Shown here: in pieces, positions 1 to 9,757 of the stretch
Numbering within the stretch: position 1 is the stretch's first letter
Layout of the letters: the number at the start of each line of letters is the position of its first letter
Assembly (NCBI GenBank): GCA_003511165.1
Contig: DOJW01000004.1
Coordinates: forward strand, 68,015 to 132,014
Reading direction: 5' to 3'
Origin: Candidatus Babelota bacterium
Lineage (GTDB): Bacteria > Babelota > Babeliae > Babelales > UBA12411
DNA: 64,000 nt
Notes under the pieces: model-generated
Told to the model about the DNA's origin: nothing
Database searches by the model: none
Seen by the model: the letters and a program-made list of their open reading frames with translations, nothing else
Position numbers and translations under genes: made by a program

Positions 1-423
1 CACCATTTAAAATATATTCTCTTGTATGTTTTACAAAAAGATCATCTTTTCTAAGATTTAATTGTTTCAACAAATATGTAACAGAACCACGTTCCCACAA
101 TCCGCTAACATCTTCGCCACCTGTTCCAAAAGTAAATTCATCTCTACCGTAAGAAGAGCTAAATCCACCAATCTGATGTGATTGCTCCAAAACTAAAACT
201 TTAAAGCCTTCTTTGGCCAGCAAGGAAGCACTTGTTAAACCACCGATTCCACTTCCAACCACAATCGCATCATATTCATTAATAGCTTTAGTAGATTTTA
301 AATCAAATTTAGCTTTCCATTTTGGTTTATAAGAAATATCATAATCTTGCTTTTGATTACCACAAGCAGATAACACTATAACAAACAAAATCAAAAATAA
401 TTTTCCAAAATCTTTTAAATTCA
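1..423 (-). CDS. FAD/NAD(P)-dependent oxidoreductase (phytoene-desaturase-like) lipoprotein; N-terminal part only, gene runs off the window
   Basis: Own minus-strand translation from ATG at 421-423 gives MNLKDFGKLFLILFVIVLSACGNQ (lipobox LSAC), then the Rossmann dinucleotide motif YDAIVVGSGIGGLTSASLLAKEGFKVLVLEQ. The frame stays open to position 1. It is absent from the ORF track because it is truncated. Confidence 0.7.
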
Positions 424-481
424 TAAAACATCCTTATTGCGATAAAAATCTATATAAAAAATAATTTTTAAAATAACAATT

Positions 482-2596
482 TTAGTAAAAAATAAATACT
501 GAAATTAAAAACATTATTAATAAAAACGCTGGCCAGAAAAACACTTTGACAAGCAAATTATTTTTATATGATATAAAAGCTATTTTATATTTCTGCGCAT
601 AAAAAATCATATCTACCAGTAACAAAACAATTACCAAATAAGGAATAATGTAAAAATATTCTAAATAAAATATGCCAGAGGGGAAAAATGATCTTCGAAG
701 AGCAGAATGCGCAAATATCAAACCAACAAAAATTCCAGATATTAAAGTTATATTCGTTATTATATTTTCTTTTCTTACAGCTAATAAATTTATAAATAAA
801 AGCAATAGAGAAACTAAAAGCGGTAAAAAATACATTATAAGAGGATCAACAATATTTCTTGTTGCCGAAATAGAAAAATCTAAAAGATATCTTCTAACAT
901 TTTGCTTTGGTTGCTCAACCCCAAGATTAGCTTTCAAATCAATAGGTTTAAACGAAAAATAACTTTTTTCTATATTCCATATTTGTGAAAAATCTTCGAC
1001 ATTAATTCCAGGTAATGATTGAGGATTAATAAACTGATATCCTTCTAAATCGGGAATAAACAAAATATTTTTATCTAAGGATGGATGATCAATCGTTAAC
1101 ACAATTTTATATTTATCTAAAGGATAAGCTACCGTCAAAGCCTGATCACTATCAAAAACTCCGTTAAATCTCCAAACTATCAATTCTTCTTTTGAATTTT
1201 TCTCAGTATGAATAATTCTTTTTTCATCGTATCTATCACACTCATTAATAATAAAATCACGTTGTATCTCCCGTCCGCTCAACAAAGGATATTTTTGCCA
1301 AACAAAACCACTAAGTTGAACATCATTTGTAGAAAAAGAAGATTCAATCGATCTTATTAAGATTCCTGTTTTAACTAAATAAAGTGGGGAATTATCTTTA
1401 ATTTCTTCTTTAGAAGATTTGATAACATTATCAATTGTGTTCTTATCCAAAACCACTATATTTTGTAAATTTTTTTCTTGACCGTATTTTCTTTGTATAT
1501 GCCACAGAGAGATAATTCCTACAATTAAAAGAATAGAGGCTAAAATAGAAGCAATAGACAGATTTAATAAACTTCCTAGATAACTTTTAGTTAAAATAAA
1601 AATTAAAAAAAACAAAAACAATATTAAAAATGCTATTAATAAAACCCTGTATTTTCTTAGAAAATCGTTATATTGAGACCATACTTCATCTTGAATAGCG
1701 ACAACACACAGTATCAAATTTGTTTGCGGAATAGGTTTATAATAAATAATCGCTTTTTGGCCTGTCTTTTCATTAACAAAAGAAGTTTTACCCTGCTTAT
1801 TTTTCAAAATCTCATAACCAACTCTTTCAAGATCTTTATTTTTTCGCTCTTTAGCAACATCAAAAATAGATTTATCATTTCTGTAATATTCCTCAATAGG
1901 ATGCGATGCAAACTTCCCATCAATTTCAGAAATGACAAATGCATATCCACGCTTACCAAGCGACAAATTATTTACCATTGAACGCACATTATCAAGTCTA
2001 TGCAAGGCAGAAATAGCACCAATTGGCTTAGCATCTTTTAGCGGATTTGGAGCATAAAGGGGTTCTCCATAAGCTATCACATGTCCCTTTATAGCTGTTC
2101 CCCAGTAAGGTTCTGTTAACGATGGACCAAAATTGATTGGATAATAATACCAACTTGTTATTCCCTTTTTTTTATCTCGAGGAAGAGTGTAATCGTATTG
2201 TATAGGTCGCGGCTCTATAAGATTATCTGATCGTATAATAAAAATTGAAAATCTATCTTTTTTTTCAAAAATACCCGGCTCATAAGCTAGTACAAGACCG
2301 TGCAAATCTTGATTTTTCTTAACAGTATCCTCAATCAAATTGTATAACTCTTTTTCGCTCAAAAGTTTTTTCTTATCGATTATTTGTCTAAAATCTGAAA
2401 CTAATTTTTTAAATTTTTGGAAATGATTACTAATATAATTAGTTGCATAATCCATCTCTTTGGAAATGCTCTTTTGCAAGTTGGTATCAATCTGTTTTTG
2501 CATCTTAAAAAATTGATAAACAAAAAATGTAAAAGCTATCAAACTTACAAATAAACAACCAAGTAAAAATTTAAAAATTAATTTTTTATAATTCAC
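482..2596 (-). CDS. Membrane protein: N-terminal double-Cache-like sensor domain fused to a pentameric ligand-gated ion channel (pLGIC/Cys-loop-like) module
   Basis: TM1 is at aa 6-28. The Cache-like region (aa ~40-305) has SWYYYPINFG, TEPYWG and GYAFVISEIDGKFASHP. A TM hairpin lies at aa 318-365. A beta-rich domain (aa ~403-580) has VKTGILIRSIES..FVWQKY, YPLDKYKIVLTI and IWNIEKSYFSFKP. Then come a pre-M1 Arg plus M1 Pro (ATRNIVDPLIMYFLPLL), M2 (ITNITLISGIFVGLIF), an M2-M3 stretch FPSGIFYLEYFYIIPYL, a very short M3-M4 loop and a C-terminal M4. The start is GTG, preceded by AAGGAAA. Confidence 0.6.
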   Translation of the reverse strand: MNYKKLIFKFLLGCLFVSLIAFTFFVYQFFKMQKQIDTNLQKSISKEMDYATNYISNHFQKFKKLVSDFRQIIDKKKLLSEKELYNLIEDTVKKNQDLHGLVLAYEPGIFEKKDRFSIFIIRSDNLIEPRPIQYDYTLPRDKKKGITSWYYYPINFGPSLTEPYWGTAIKGHVIAYGEPLYAPNPLKDAKPIGAISALHRLDNVRSMVNNLSLGKRGYAFVISEIDGKFASHPIEEYYRNDKSIFDVAKERKNKDLERVGYEILKNKQGKTSFVNEKTGQKAIIYYKPIPQTNLILCVVAIQDEVWSQYNDFLRKYRVLLIAFLILFLFFLIFILTKSYLGSLLNLSIASILASILLIVGIISLWHIQRKYGQEKNLQNIVVLDKNTIDNVIKSSKEEIKDNSPLYLVKTGILIRSIESSFSTNDVQLSGFVWQKYPLLSGREIQRDFIINECDRYDEKRIIHTEKNSKEELIVWRFNGVFDSDQALTVAYPLDKYKIVLTIDHPSLDKNILFIPDLEGYQFINPQSLPGINVEDFSQIWNIEKSYFSFKPIDLKANLGVEQPKQNVRRYLLDFSISATRNIVDPLIMYFLPLLVSLLLLFINLLAVRKENIITNITLISGIFVGLIFAHSALRRSFFPSGIFYLEYFYIIPYLVIVLLLVDMIFYAQKYKIAFISYKNNLLVKVFFWPAFLLIMFLISVFIFY

Positions 2597-2695
2597 TATT
2601 TTCCTTTTTTATTTTGAATTATTATAAAATTTACGTTTATTCTAAAAAACAGAAGTTACTAAAATCTATATTTTTAAAAGAATCTGGAGTTAACA

Positions 2696-3343
2696 ATGAT
2701 AAACCTACAAATAACACCCGCAAATAAACCTCACATAAAATATCGTAATATTATCTTCGATTTAGGTAAGGTATTAATACAATGGAATCCAGAAAAATTT
2801 ATTACGGATATGCTCAAAATAAATAAAATAAATGAAGATGAATCACGTAATATTTTCAAAGCCTTCGGAACAAAAAATTGGTCTGATTATGACCGTGGTA
2901 CCACAACTCAACAAGAACTGGCTAAACTTTATACATCAAAAAAGGAAAAACAATATTTTCTAGATTTTTTAGAAATGTTACCAAGCTATCTTCAACCAAT
3001 AGAACAAGGAGTAAATTGGCTAAATCTAGCACAAACCAAAGGGTATAAAGTTTATTTGCTTTCCAATTATCCTAAAGATCTTTATGAAAAAGCAGCATCA
3101 CAATATGAGTTTTTCAATCGTATTGACGGAGCTGTAATTTCTTATCAAGTAAATAAAATCAAACCCGAGCCTGAAATATATCAAACTTTACTTTCAAAAT
3201 ATGATTTAAAAGCAGAAGAATCGATTTTCATTGATGATCTAGAAGAAAATATTCGTGCTGGAAAATTATTAGGTATTGATGGAATAGTTTGCAACGATCA
3301 CAATATAGTTGAAAAAAAGCTCAAAGAACTTTCTATTTTTTGA
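2696..3343 (+). CDS. HAD-superfamily hydrolase
   Basis: Motif I-like IIFDLGKVLIQW, LLSNYP (motif II Ser/Thr position) and FIDDLEENIRAGKLLGIDGI (motif IV). GGAG RBS lies before the ATG. Confidence 0.7.
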   Translation: MINLQITPANKPHIKYRNIIFDLGKVLIQWNPEKFITDMLKINKINEDESRNIFKAFGTKNWSDYDRGTTTQQELAKLYTSKKEKQYFLDFLEMLPSYLQPIEQGVNWLNLAQTKGYKVYLLSNYPKDLYEKAASQYEFFNRIDGAVISYQVNKIKPEPEIYQTLLSKYDLKAEESIFIDDLEENIRAGKLLGIDGIVCNDHNIVEKKLKELSIF

Positions 3344-3357
3344 TGCAATTCAGTTTT

Positions 3358-5625
3358 TTAGATTTTTTTTGAAAAATCGCAGCCTTGAGTTGCACAACTT
3401 AATGTAACGTTACCTTCTTTATCTTTTTTGACCAAAAGATACAAGGCGCCACATTTTGGACATTTCTCTTCTTCAACTTCGCCAAAGATCGCAAATTTAC
3501 ATTTTGGATAGTTGCCACAACCCCAGAAAGATCCACCCTTCCATTTGCGCTTTAAAATTTTACCTTTGCACAAAGGACATGGGAAACCTAGTGATTCTTG
3601 ATGAATATACTTACATTCTGGATAACCAGGACATGTTAAAAATGGACCGTATTTTCCAAACTTTTGGATAAGATTTCGGCCGCACTGTGGACATTTTATA
3701 TCAGACACAACTTCTTCTTGAGTTTGAACTAATTGCAAACTTCCATCCGTTGCATTTCTAATGAAATTGGAAGTAAAAGAACATTCAGGATATTTACTGC
3801 ATCCCAAAAATTCTCCTGCTTTTCCAAATCGAATAACCAATTTGCTTTTGCATTTAGGACATTCAAGATCTGTTTCCACAGATTTTTTGGTAGCAGCTTC
3901 ACCACCGAAAGTCTTTAAATCTTTGACAAAATTTTCATAGAAAATTTCTAAAACAATATCTCGCTCAATTTCACCTTGAGCTATTTTATCAAGATCTTCT
4001 TCCATTTTTGCTGTGAACTTAACATTCATAATATCTGGCAAATTTTCTACAAGCATTTTACTTACAGTCTTACCAAGCTCTGTAGGAACAAATCTTTTTT
4101 TATCTTTTGTTACATAATCTCTTTTTTGAATCGTAGAGAGAGTAGCCGCATATGTACTTGGTCGACCAATTCCAAGCTTCTCCATCTCTTTAACAAGCGA
4201 AGCTTCAGTATAACGAGCCGGCGGCTGGGTAAAATGTTGTTTTGGATCTATTTTGGAAAGATCTAGTGATTTATTTTTTTCGATTTCTTTTGGAATTTTT
4301 ACAGATGTTTCATCTTTTTCTTCTTCATCATCTGCTTGATATACTTTTAAATAACCATCAAAAAGTAACGTCGAACCTGTAACTCTAAATAAATACTTTC
4401 CACCTTCGATTGAAACCTGGCGCTGCATATATTCTGCAGGAGTCATTTGTGAAGCGACAAAACGTTTCCAAATTAATTCATAAAGTTTTGCTTCAGCTGG
4501 CGGTAAATATTTTTTAACAAATTCAGGGGAAATGTTTATATCAACAGGACGAACAGCTTCGTGCGCATCTTGCGCTGCTTTTTTGGAATAAACATTTGGA
4601 GTTTTTGGTAAATAATCTTTTCCAAATTCTTCTTCAAGATATTCTCTTGCTGCCTTGATCGCAGTATCTGAAATTCGCAAGGAATCGGTACGCATATAAG
4701 TGATCAAAGCCTCTGGTTTGCTTGGATCAGAGAGAGGAATACCTTCATAAAGTTTTTGGGCTAATAACATAGTTTTATCAACAGAAAAACCAAGTAAATT
4801 AAAAGCAGCCTGCTGCAATGTACTAGTCATAAATGGAGGAAGCGGGCTTTTGGAACGCTTCTTTTCCGTAACATCCGTTACAACGTAACTTTGTTTTTTT
4901 AACTCTTCTAATATTTTATCAGCTTCAGCCTTACTGCTTACTTTGATATTTTTGTTACTAATCTTTACAAGTTCAGCCAAAATCGAAGCTTCTTTGGTCT
5001 GGAAAAGACCATGAATAGACCAATATTCTTCAGGCTTAAAACTAACAACTTTTTCTTCGCGATCGCAAATCAGATAAAGAGCAACAGACTGTACTCTTCC
5101 AGCAGATAAACCTTTTTTGATTTTTCTCCACAAAATTGGAGATACTTCATAACCAACAAGTCGGTCTAAAACTCTTCGAGCTTGCTGCGCATTTACCTTT
5201 TTGACATCTACAACTGATTTATTATTTATAGCTTCTAAAATTGCAGGTTTTGTTATTTCGTTGAATGTTATTCGATAAATTTTATCTTTGTCTTTGATAA
5301 TTTTTTCGATTTCTTGCTCAACATGCCAAGATATTATTTCCCCTTCCCGATCAGGATCTGTTGCCAAATAAACCTCTTCTGCATTCTTTGCAAGTCTATT
5401 AATATCATTAATAACTTTTTCTTTATCTTTGATAGTTTCATATTCAATATCAAATACAAAATGATCTTTTTTCTTTTTTATATCTATTCCAAGTGACTTT
5501 GGTGGCAAATCTTTGATATGACCGAAAGTGGATGTAATAGCAAAATCATCTCCCAAAAACTTGGAGATTGTTTTAATTTTGGCGGGAGACTCAACTATTA
5601 ATAATTTTTGACCTTTTCTTGCCAT
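3358..5625 (-). CDS. topA: DNA topoisomerase I
   Basis: Toprim N-terminus LLIVESPAKIKTISKFLG, DPDREGE, and the active-site Tyr region ITYMRTDS. Four C-terminal CxxC..CxxC zinc ribbons are present. The ORF-track start at 5682 is a GTG; the ATG at 5625 (MARKGQKLLIVESP) matches family N-termini. Confidence 0.95.
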   Translation of the reverse strand: MARKGQKLLIVESPAKIKTISKFLGDDFAITSTFGHIKDLPPKSLGIDIKKKKDHFVFDIEYETIKDKEKVINDINRLAKNAEEVYLATDPDREGEIISWHVEQEIEKIIKDKDKIYRITFNEITKPAILEAINNKSVVDVKKVNAQQARRVLDRLVGYEVSPILWRKIKKGLSAGRVQSVALYLICDREEKVVSFKPEEYWSIHGLFQTKEASILAELVKISNKNIKVSSKAEADKILEELKKQSYVVTDVTEKKRSKSPLPPFMTSTLQQAAFNLLGFSVDKTMLLAQKLYEGIPLSDPSKPEALITYMRTDSLRISDTAIKAAREYLEEEFGKDYLPKTPNVYSKKAAQDAHEAVRPVDINISPEFVKKYLPPAEAKLYELIWKRFVASQMTPAEYMQRQVSIEGGKYLFRVTGSTLLFDGYLKVYQADDEEEKDETSVKIPKEIEKNKSLDLSKIDPKQHFTQPPARYTEASLVKEMEKLGIGRPSTYAATLSTIQKRDYVTKDKKRFVPTELGKTVSKMLVENLPDIMNVKFTAKMEEDLDKIAQGEIERDIVLEIFYENFVKDLKTFGGEAATKKSVETDLECPKCKSKLVIRFGKAGEFLGCSKYPECSFTSNFIRNATDGSLQLVQTQEEVVSDIKCPQCGRNLIQKFGKYGPFLTCPGYPECKYIHQESLGFPCPLCKGKILKRKWKGGSFWGCGNYPKCKFAIFGEVEEEKCPKCGALYLLVKKDKEGNVTLSCATQGCDFSKKI

Positions 5626-5960
5626 ATTCTTATCTATTTTTCGTTTTTTAATACCTAAATTTAAACACTTAATATTATTCACTTGTAAAAAATATGTAAG
5701 TTATTACGCAACTTAACTAATTTCAGATTAATAATAATATTTTCTAAATGTCAAACAAAAATAATTAATTGCACTTTTTTACGCTTTTTCAAAATAAATT
5801 TCATAAATTCATCAATCAAAAAAGCAATGTTTTGATTTTTAATAAAAAAAATCCTAAGATGTTTAACAATAAGATTGATTTTCATATGTTATCATCAAAA
5901 AATAAAATTTTAATTATTTGTTTACAAAGTTTTGGTAAACGTTAAGAGATTTTAATAATT

Positions 5961-6758
5961 ATGGATAATTTAAATTCAGTAACCTCTTGTTTTAAAAATT
6001 CTTTTGAATTTTATAAATGGTCAGATTTAAAAATTAGCTTACTAATCACAATAAATTCTTTCGTAAAATCATGGCAAACCTTGCTAAAAAACTTCCAAAG
6101 CCTTTATCTTTTTTTAATTTTTTTGTACTCAATTGAATATATAAAAGATGTTTTCAAAATTAACTTAAATCTATTTTTCAAATTTTTCATACTTTTTATC
6201 CCCAGCATTTTCTTTTTCTTTCTCATTCTTCTTCTGTCAAGACCATCCGTTAACATTAAAGACAATTCTTATTTGGTAAAAAATTTAAAAAAATTTCCAA
6301 GTTTTTGTTTAAATATAATTTTAATCGCATTTATGTTTGTCCCACATTTGATTAGAAATTATTTATGTTGCTCTTTTTTAAGACTGTTTATCTTTGCCCT
6401 TTTTGTTATTTTAGCACCATTAATTATCACAGCATCTCTATTTCAACTTGATTCGGATGGCAACTTTGGAAACATTTTTACCTCAATAATAAATTCTTTT
6501 AAAATGGTCTTTTATTATTATCCTTTATTTTTTTCTATCGGATTAATTGGATTATTTGGATATGGCTTTTTTAAAACAATCCAACTACCAACAATAATTT
6601 TCAAAAAATCTCCTTACATCATTAATATTTTAACCAATTTTGTTTTGGGTAGCTTAGAATTCATTATTCTATCTGCTGCGTCGATAATATTTATTTCCCT
6701 GATAACAACCTTTTATCTCAAAATCAAACACGCTAATCACAAATTATTTTTCAAATGA
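5961..6758 (+). CDS. Hypothetical polytopic membrane protein
   Basis: The 265-aa ORF is strongly hydrophobic with several predicted TM helices. Its stop overlaps the plsC start (ATGA), suggesting co-transcription. No recognisable motif. Confidence 0.5.
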   Translation: MDNLNSVTSCFKNSFEFYKWSDLKISLLITINSFVKSWQTLLKNFQSLYLFLIFLYSIEYIKDVFKINLNLFFKFFILFIPSIFFFFLILLLSRPSVNIKDNSYLVKNLKKFPSFCLNIILIAFMFVPHLIRNYLCCSFLRLFIFALFVILAPLIITASLFQLDSDGNFGNIFTSIINSFKMVFYYYPLFFSIGLIGLFGYGFFKTIQLPTIIFKKSPYIINILTNFVLGSLEFIILSAASIIFISLITTFYLKIKHANHKLFFK

Positions 6759-7486
6759 TAAAAACATACAAAACAATAAGAACATACATTTTCTGGTTCA
6801 TCGTAACTTCATTTTATTTGCCATTATGCTTACTCATCTCCTATCTTCCCGAAAATAAAAGACACAAAAAACTTTATTTTTTCTTCACTAATCAATGGAA
6901 CAGCCTTTTAGTCTTTTTTGCATTTTTAGTAGTAAAAATAAAAAAAGAAAAAGAAGATCTTCCAGATTTTTATAAACACCCTGCCATTTTTGTGATGAAC
7001 CACGCTTCCGCTTTAGATATTCCATTAGCAGAATATGTAGTTGGAAAACATCCACATATTTGGATCAGCAAACAATCTTATGCAAAAATTCCACTTTTTG
7101 GAAAACTTTTACAAAGAATGCACGCTCTTATAAATAAAGAAAATCCAAAACAATCAACACAAGCTCTAATTAGGGCCTACAAGCTCGCTCAAAAATACAA
7201 TTTAAGTGTCTTACTTTTTCCAGAGGGAACAAGATCCACTGATGGCAAATTAGGAGAATTTTTGGGAGGCTTTTACTTGCTTGCAAAAAAATTAAACCGT
7301 CCCGTAATCCCTGTAGCTATTTTGGGTGCAAATGAAATTATGAAAAAAAATAGCCTTCTTTTAGATCCACGAGCAAGCGATATTAAAATAACTATAGGAA
7401 CTCCAATTTTTGTGAAAGAAAATGAAACAGAAGAAGAATTTAGTAACAAAATTCGTAGCTGGTTTAACAAACATATACAAAAGTAA
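6755..7486 (+). CDS. plsC: 1-acyl-sn-glycerol-3-phosphate acyltransferase
   Basis: HX4D acyltransferase motif VMNHASALDIP, plus FPEGTRS and an N-terminal TM helix. Confidence 0.85.
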   Translation: MIKTYKTIRTYIFWFIVTSFYLPLCLLISYLPENKRHKKLYFFFTNQWNSLLVFFAFLVVKIKKEKEDLPDFYKHPAIFVMNHASALDIPLAEYVVGKHPHIWISKQSYAKIPLFGKLLQRMHALINKENPKQSTQALIRAYKLAQKYNLSVLLFPEGTRSTDGKLGEFLGGFYLLAKKLNRPVIPVAILGANEIMKKNSLLLDPRASDIKITIGTPIFVKENETEEEFSNKIRSWFNKHIQK

Positions 7487-7814
7487 AATCGTTAAACTTT
7501 CCCTACTTTTATCCTTTATTATTTCAACACCTTGCACGTGTGAAATATGGTATAAAAAAGCAGGATTATCTTATTTTTTTCACTTTCCAATTTTTTATTT
7601 TCAAATAATTTTATTGGTTTTATGGTTTTTTGCATTTTTCTATTTAAAACATATTTTGAAAAAGAAAAAAAAAGCTTTATTTACAATGCTTTTTCTACTT
7701 ATGACAATTGTTGGAATAATTATCGCTGTAAGACAAGTAAAAATTTTAAAACAACAAAGAGTTTTAGAGCAAAATCAAATTTTGTCATCTTTAATAAATT
7801 GCTCAATTAAATAA
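7422..7814 (+). CDS. Possible small membrane protein (start uncertain)
   Basis: Hydrophobic ORF with two or three TM-like stretches. As drawn it overlaps the plsC 3' end by 65 nt. No homology is recognisable, so it may be shorter or spurious. Confidence 0.25.
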   Translation: MKQKKNLVTKFVAGLTNIYKSKIVKLSLLLSFIISTPCTCEIWYKKAGLSYFFHFPIFYFQIILLVLWFFAFFYLKHILKKKKKALFTMLFLLMTIVGIIIAVRQVKILKQQRVLEQNQILSSLINCSIK

Positions 7815-7993
7815 TTTTATTAAAAATCAAATAAAAATAAGAACTGTTTTAGCACAAATAAGATGAAAAACCTGCAAAATATTTCTTCTATGTGATTCAT
7901 CTAATAAACTTAAAATAGTCAACAAGAATAAACATAGTGACAAAAGATCAATAATTGTATATAACCTTTATAACAAAAAAGCAAAGGAGAGAT

Positions 7994-8227
7994 ATGAAAA
8001 AAAATCTTATCAAAGCAGTTGCTTGTTTAACACTTTTAGGCGCATCTGCAGTTGTTTTTTCTGGATGCACAAAGAAAGAAAAAACAGTCGGTGGAGTACT
8101 TATAGGAGCAGCCGCTGGTGCCGGTATAGGAGCATTAGCCGGTGACGGTGTTGGCGCTGCAGTTGGAGCAGTAGCAGGCGGTACTGTAGGTGGAGTCGTA
8201 GGTAACTCCCTTGGAGATGATAAATAA
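7994..8227 (+). CDS. Glycine-zipper small lipoprotein (17-kDa-antigen/Gly-zipper-Omp-like)
   Basis: MKKNLIKAVACLTLLGASAVVFSGC (lipobox FSGC), followed by GAAAGAGIGALAGDGVGAAVGAVAGGTVGGVVG. An AAGGAGA RBS lies just upstream of the ATG at 7994; the ORF-track start at 7955 is less likely. Confidence 0.75.
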   Translation: MKKNLIKAVACLTLLGASAVVFSGCTKKEKTVGGVLIGAAAGAGIGALAGDGVGAAVGAVAGGTVGGVVGNSLGDDK

Positions 8228-8255
8228 AAATAAAAACCTTTTAAAAAAAGGCTAA

Positions 8256-9044
8256 ATGATGAAAAACTCAGGGAGCTTAATTACCAAATGTTTTTTGATT
8301 TTATGTTGTACTTTGCAGATATCTTATCTAAAAGCATTTCACTCTCATCGATCACATAAAAAACATTCTACTATCACAAAAAAAATTTCAAAAACAACAA
8401 AACATCGAAAACTAAAAGTTCGCTCCCTGAGAAAAAAATATTCAGCGCGGAAAACAAGCCTCAAATCTAAAGCTAATCCTAACGACTTACTTATCTTAAA
8501 TAAACATGCCGTAAGCGATATTTCTTTAAAAACCCCAAATACTTCTTCAAATATTCAACCTCTAGAAAATCAACAAAACCAAGCTTTAAATTCAATTACG
8601 ATAAAAAATCCTGCAAAAATAACTTTTTCACGATTTGCTGAATATCTAAAAAGAAAACAAATATTCAACTGGCCTCTTAAAGGTAGATATTACATTAGTA
8701 GTCCTTTCGGCAGCATGAGGGCTCGCGGCAGGGTGCACGCAGGCATAGATCTCGCAGCACCAAAATGGACTCCTGTTTTTGCATCTGCAAGAGGAGAAGT
8801 TGAAATTGCAGCAAAAGCAAATGCTTATGGAAACATGGTCCTTATCAAACATAATAAAAACTTCAAAAGTCGCTATGCTCATTTGCACAAAATTCTTGTG
8901 AAACCTGGCGCGGTGGTAAAAAAAGGTGATTTAATAGCTTATGTTGGGAATACTGGATTTGTGATGGGCAGAAATGGAGATCACCTTCATTTTGAAGTTC
9001 TTTTTAAAAATCATCCAGTAAATCCAATAAAAATTCTATCTTAA
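8256..9044 (+). CDS. M23 (LytM-type) metallopeptidase with basic N-terminal region
   Basis: HAGIDLAAP, YAHL and GNTGFVMGRNGDHLHFEV (HxxxD / HxH zinc ligand pattern). It has a signal-like N-terminus. Confidence 0.85.
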   Translation: MMKNSGSLITKCFLILCCTLQISYLKAFHSHRSHKKHSTITKKISKTTKHRKLKVRSLRKKYSARKTSLKSKANPNDLLILNKHAVSDISLKTPNTSSNIQPLENQQNQALNSITIKNPAKITFSRFAEYLKRKQIFNWPLKGRYYISSPFGSMRARGRVHAGIDLAAPKWTPVFASARGEVEIAAKANAYGNMVLIKHNKNFKSRYAHLHKILVKPGAVVKKGDLIAYVGNTGFVMGRNGDHLHFEVLFKNHPVNPIKILS

Positions 9045-9079
9045 TTTTTTAGAAAATTTTTGTATTAAAATTGGGGGGA

Positions 9080-9679
9080 ATGATGGATACAAAAAATAAA
9101 AAAATATTAGAAGCAATCAAAATATTTTTAATGTCATTTATTTCTATAATTTTCTACTGCTACATAAGCAATTTTATCGTATCAAAGTTTTTTATCTTGG
9201 AAGCAATTACCAAAAAGAAACACTTCTTTTTTCCACTATTTCTACCAATTCCACCAATTTTTGCACCATTGCCATTATTTTTTTCTGGACAACATACGTT
9301 CAATACAGGATTACCTTTTAATAATTTAAGTATTGTCTTAACTAGTTTAATTTTGGGCTTGTTGATTGTATTAATTTGCAATATTGGAAAATGGCCTTCT
9401 TTAAACGCCAGATATCTAACCAAACCTCTTTTTTTAGTTCTTATTCCATCCATTGCTATAATTTTCAGTTTTGCTTTTTCAGTTAATTATCTTTTAAAAC
9501 ATAAATTAGCTATTTTAGCCTCCAAACTGGCATCTGTTTTACCAGTAACGAGAAAAACCGTAAATGCTACCCTAGGTTCAATACTACATAACAGTGCATA
9601 CATAATTGGAATTTTTGCAATTTTACTGATAATTATTTACATAATTTTAAAAAGACGAAAATTAAACAAAACTAAATAA
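9080..9679 (+). CDS. Hypothetical membrane protein
   Basis: Multiple TM segments and a basic C-terminus (KRRKLNKTK). The ATG at 9080 is preceded by GGGGGGA; the ORF-track start at 9071 is a TTG. Confidence 0.5.
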   Translation: MMDTKNKKILEAIKIFLMSFISIIFYCYISNFIVSKFFILEAITKKKHFFFPLFLPIPPIFAPLPLFFSGQHTFNTGLPFNNLSIVLTSLILGLLIVLICNIGKWPSLNARYLTKPLFLVLIPSIAIIFSFAFSVNYLLKHKLAILASKLASVLPVTRKTVNATLGSILHNSAYIIGIFAILLIIIYIILKRRKLNKTK

Positions 9680-9757
9680 ACAATTACCTACTAATTTTTT
9701 ATAAATTTATATATATTTTCTTCATGCAAAATGTTCTTAAATAAGAGGGAAAACCGG

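Noticed and set aside
5626-5682. An N-terminal extension of topA from the GTG at 5682 (MNNIKCLNLGIKKRKIDKN).
   Set aside because: The Toprim domain begins right after the ATG at 5625 (MARKGQKLLIVESPAK), as in other TopA proteins. The extension has no RBS support. The longer form cannot be formally excluded.
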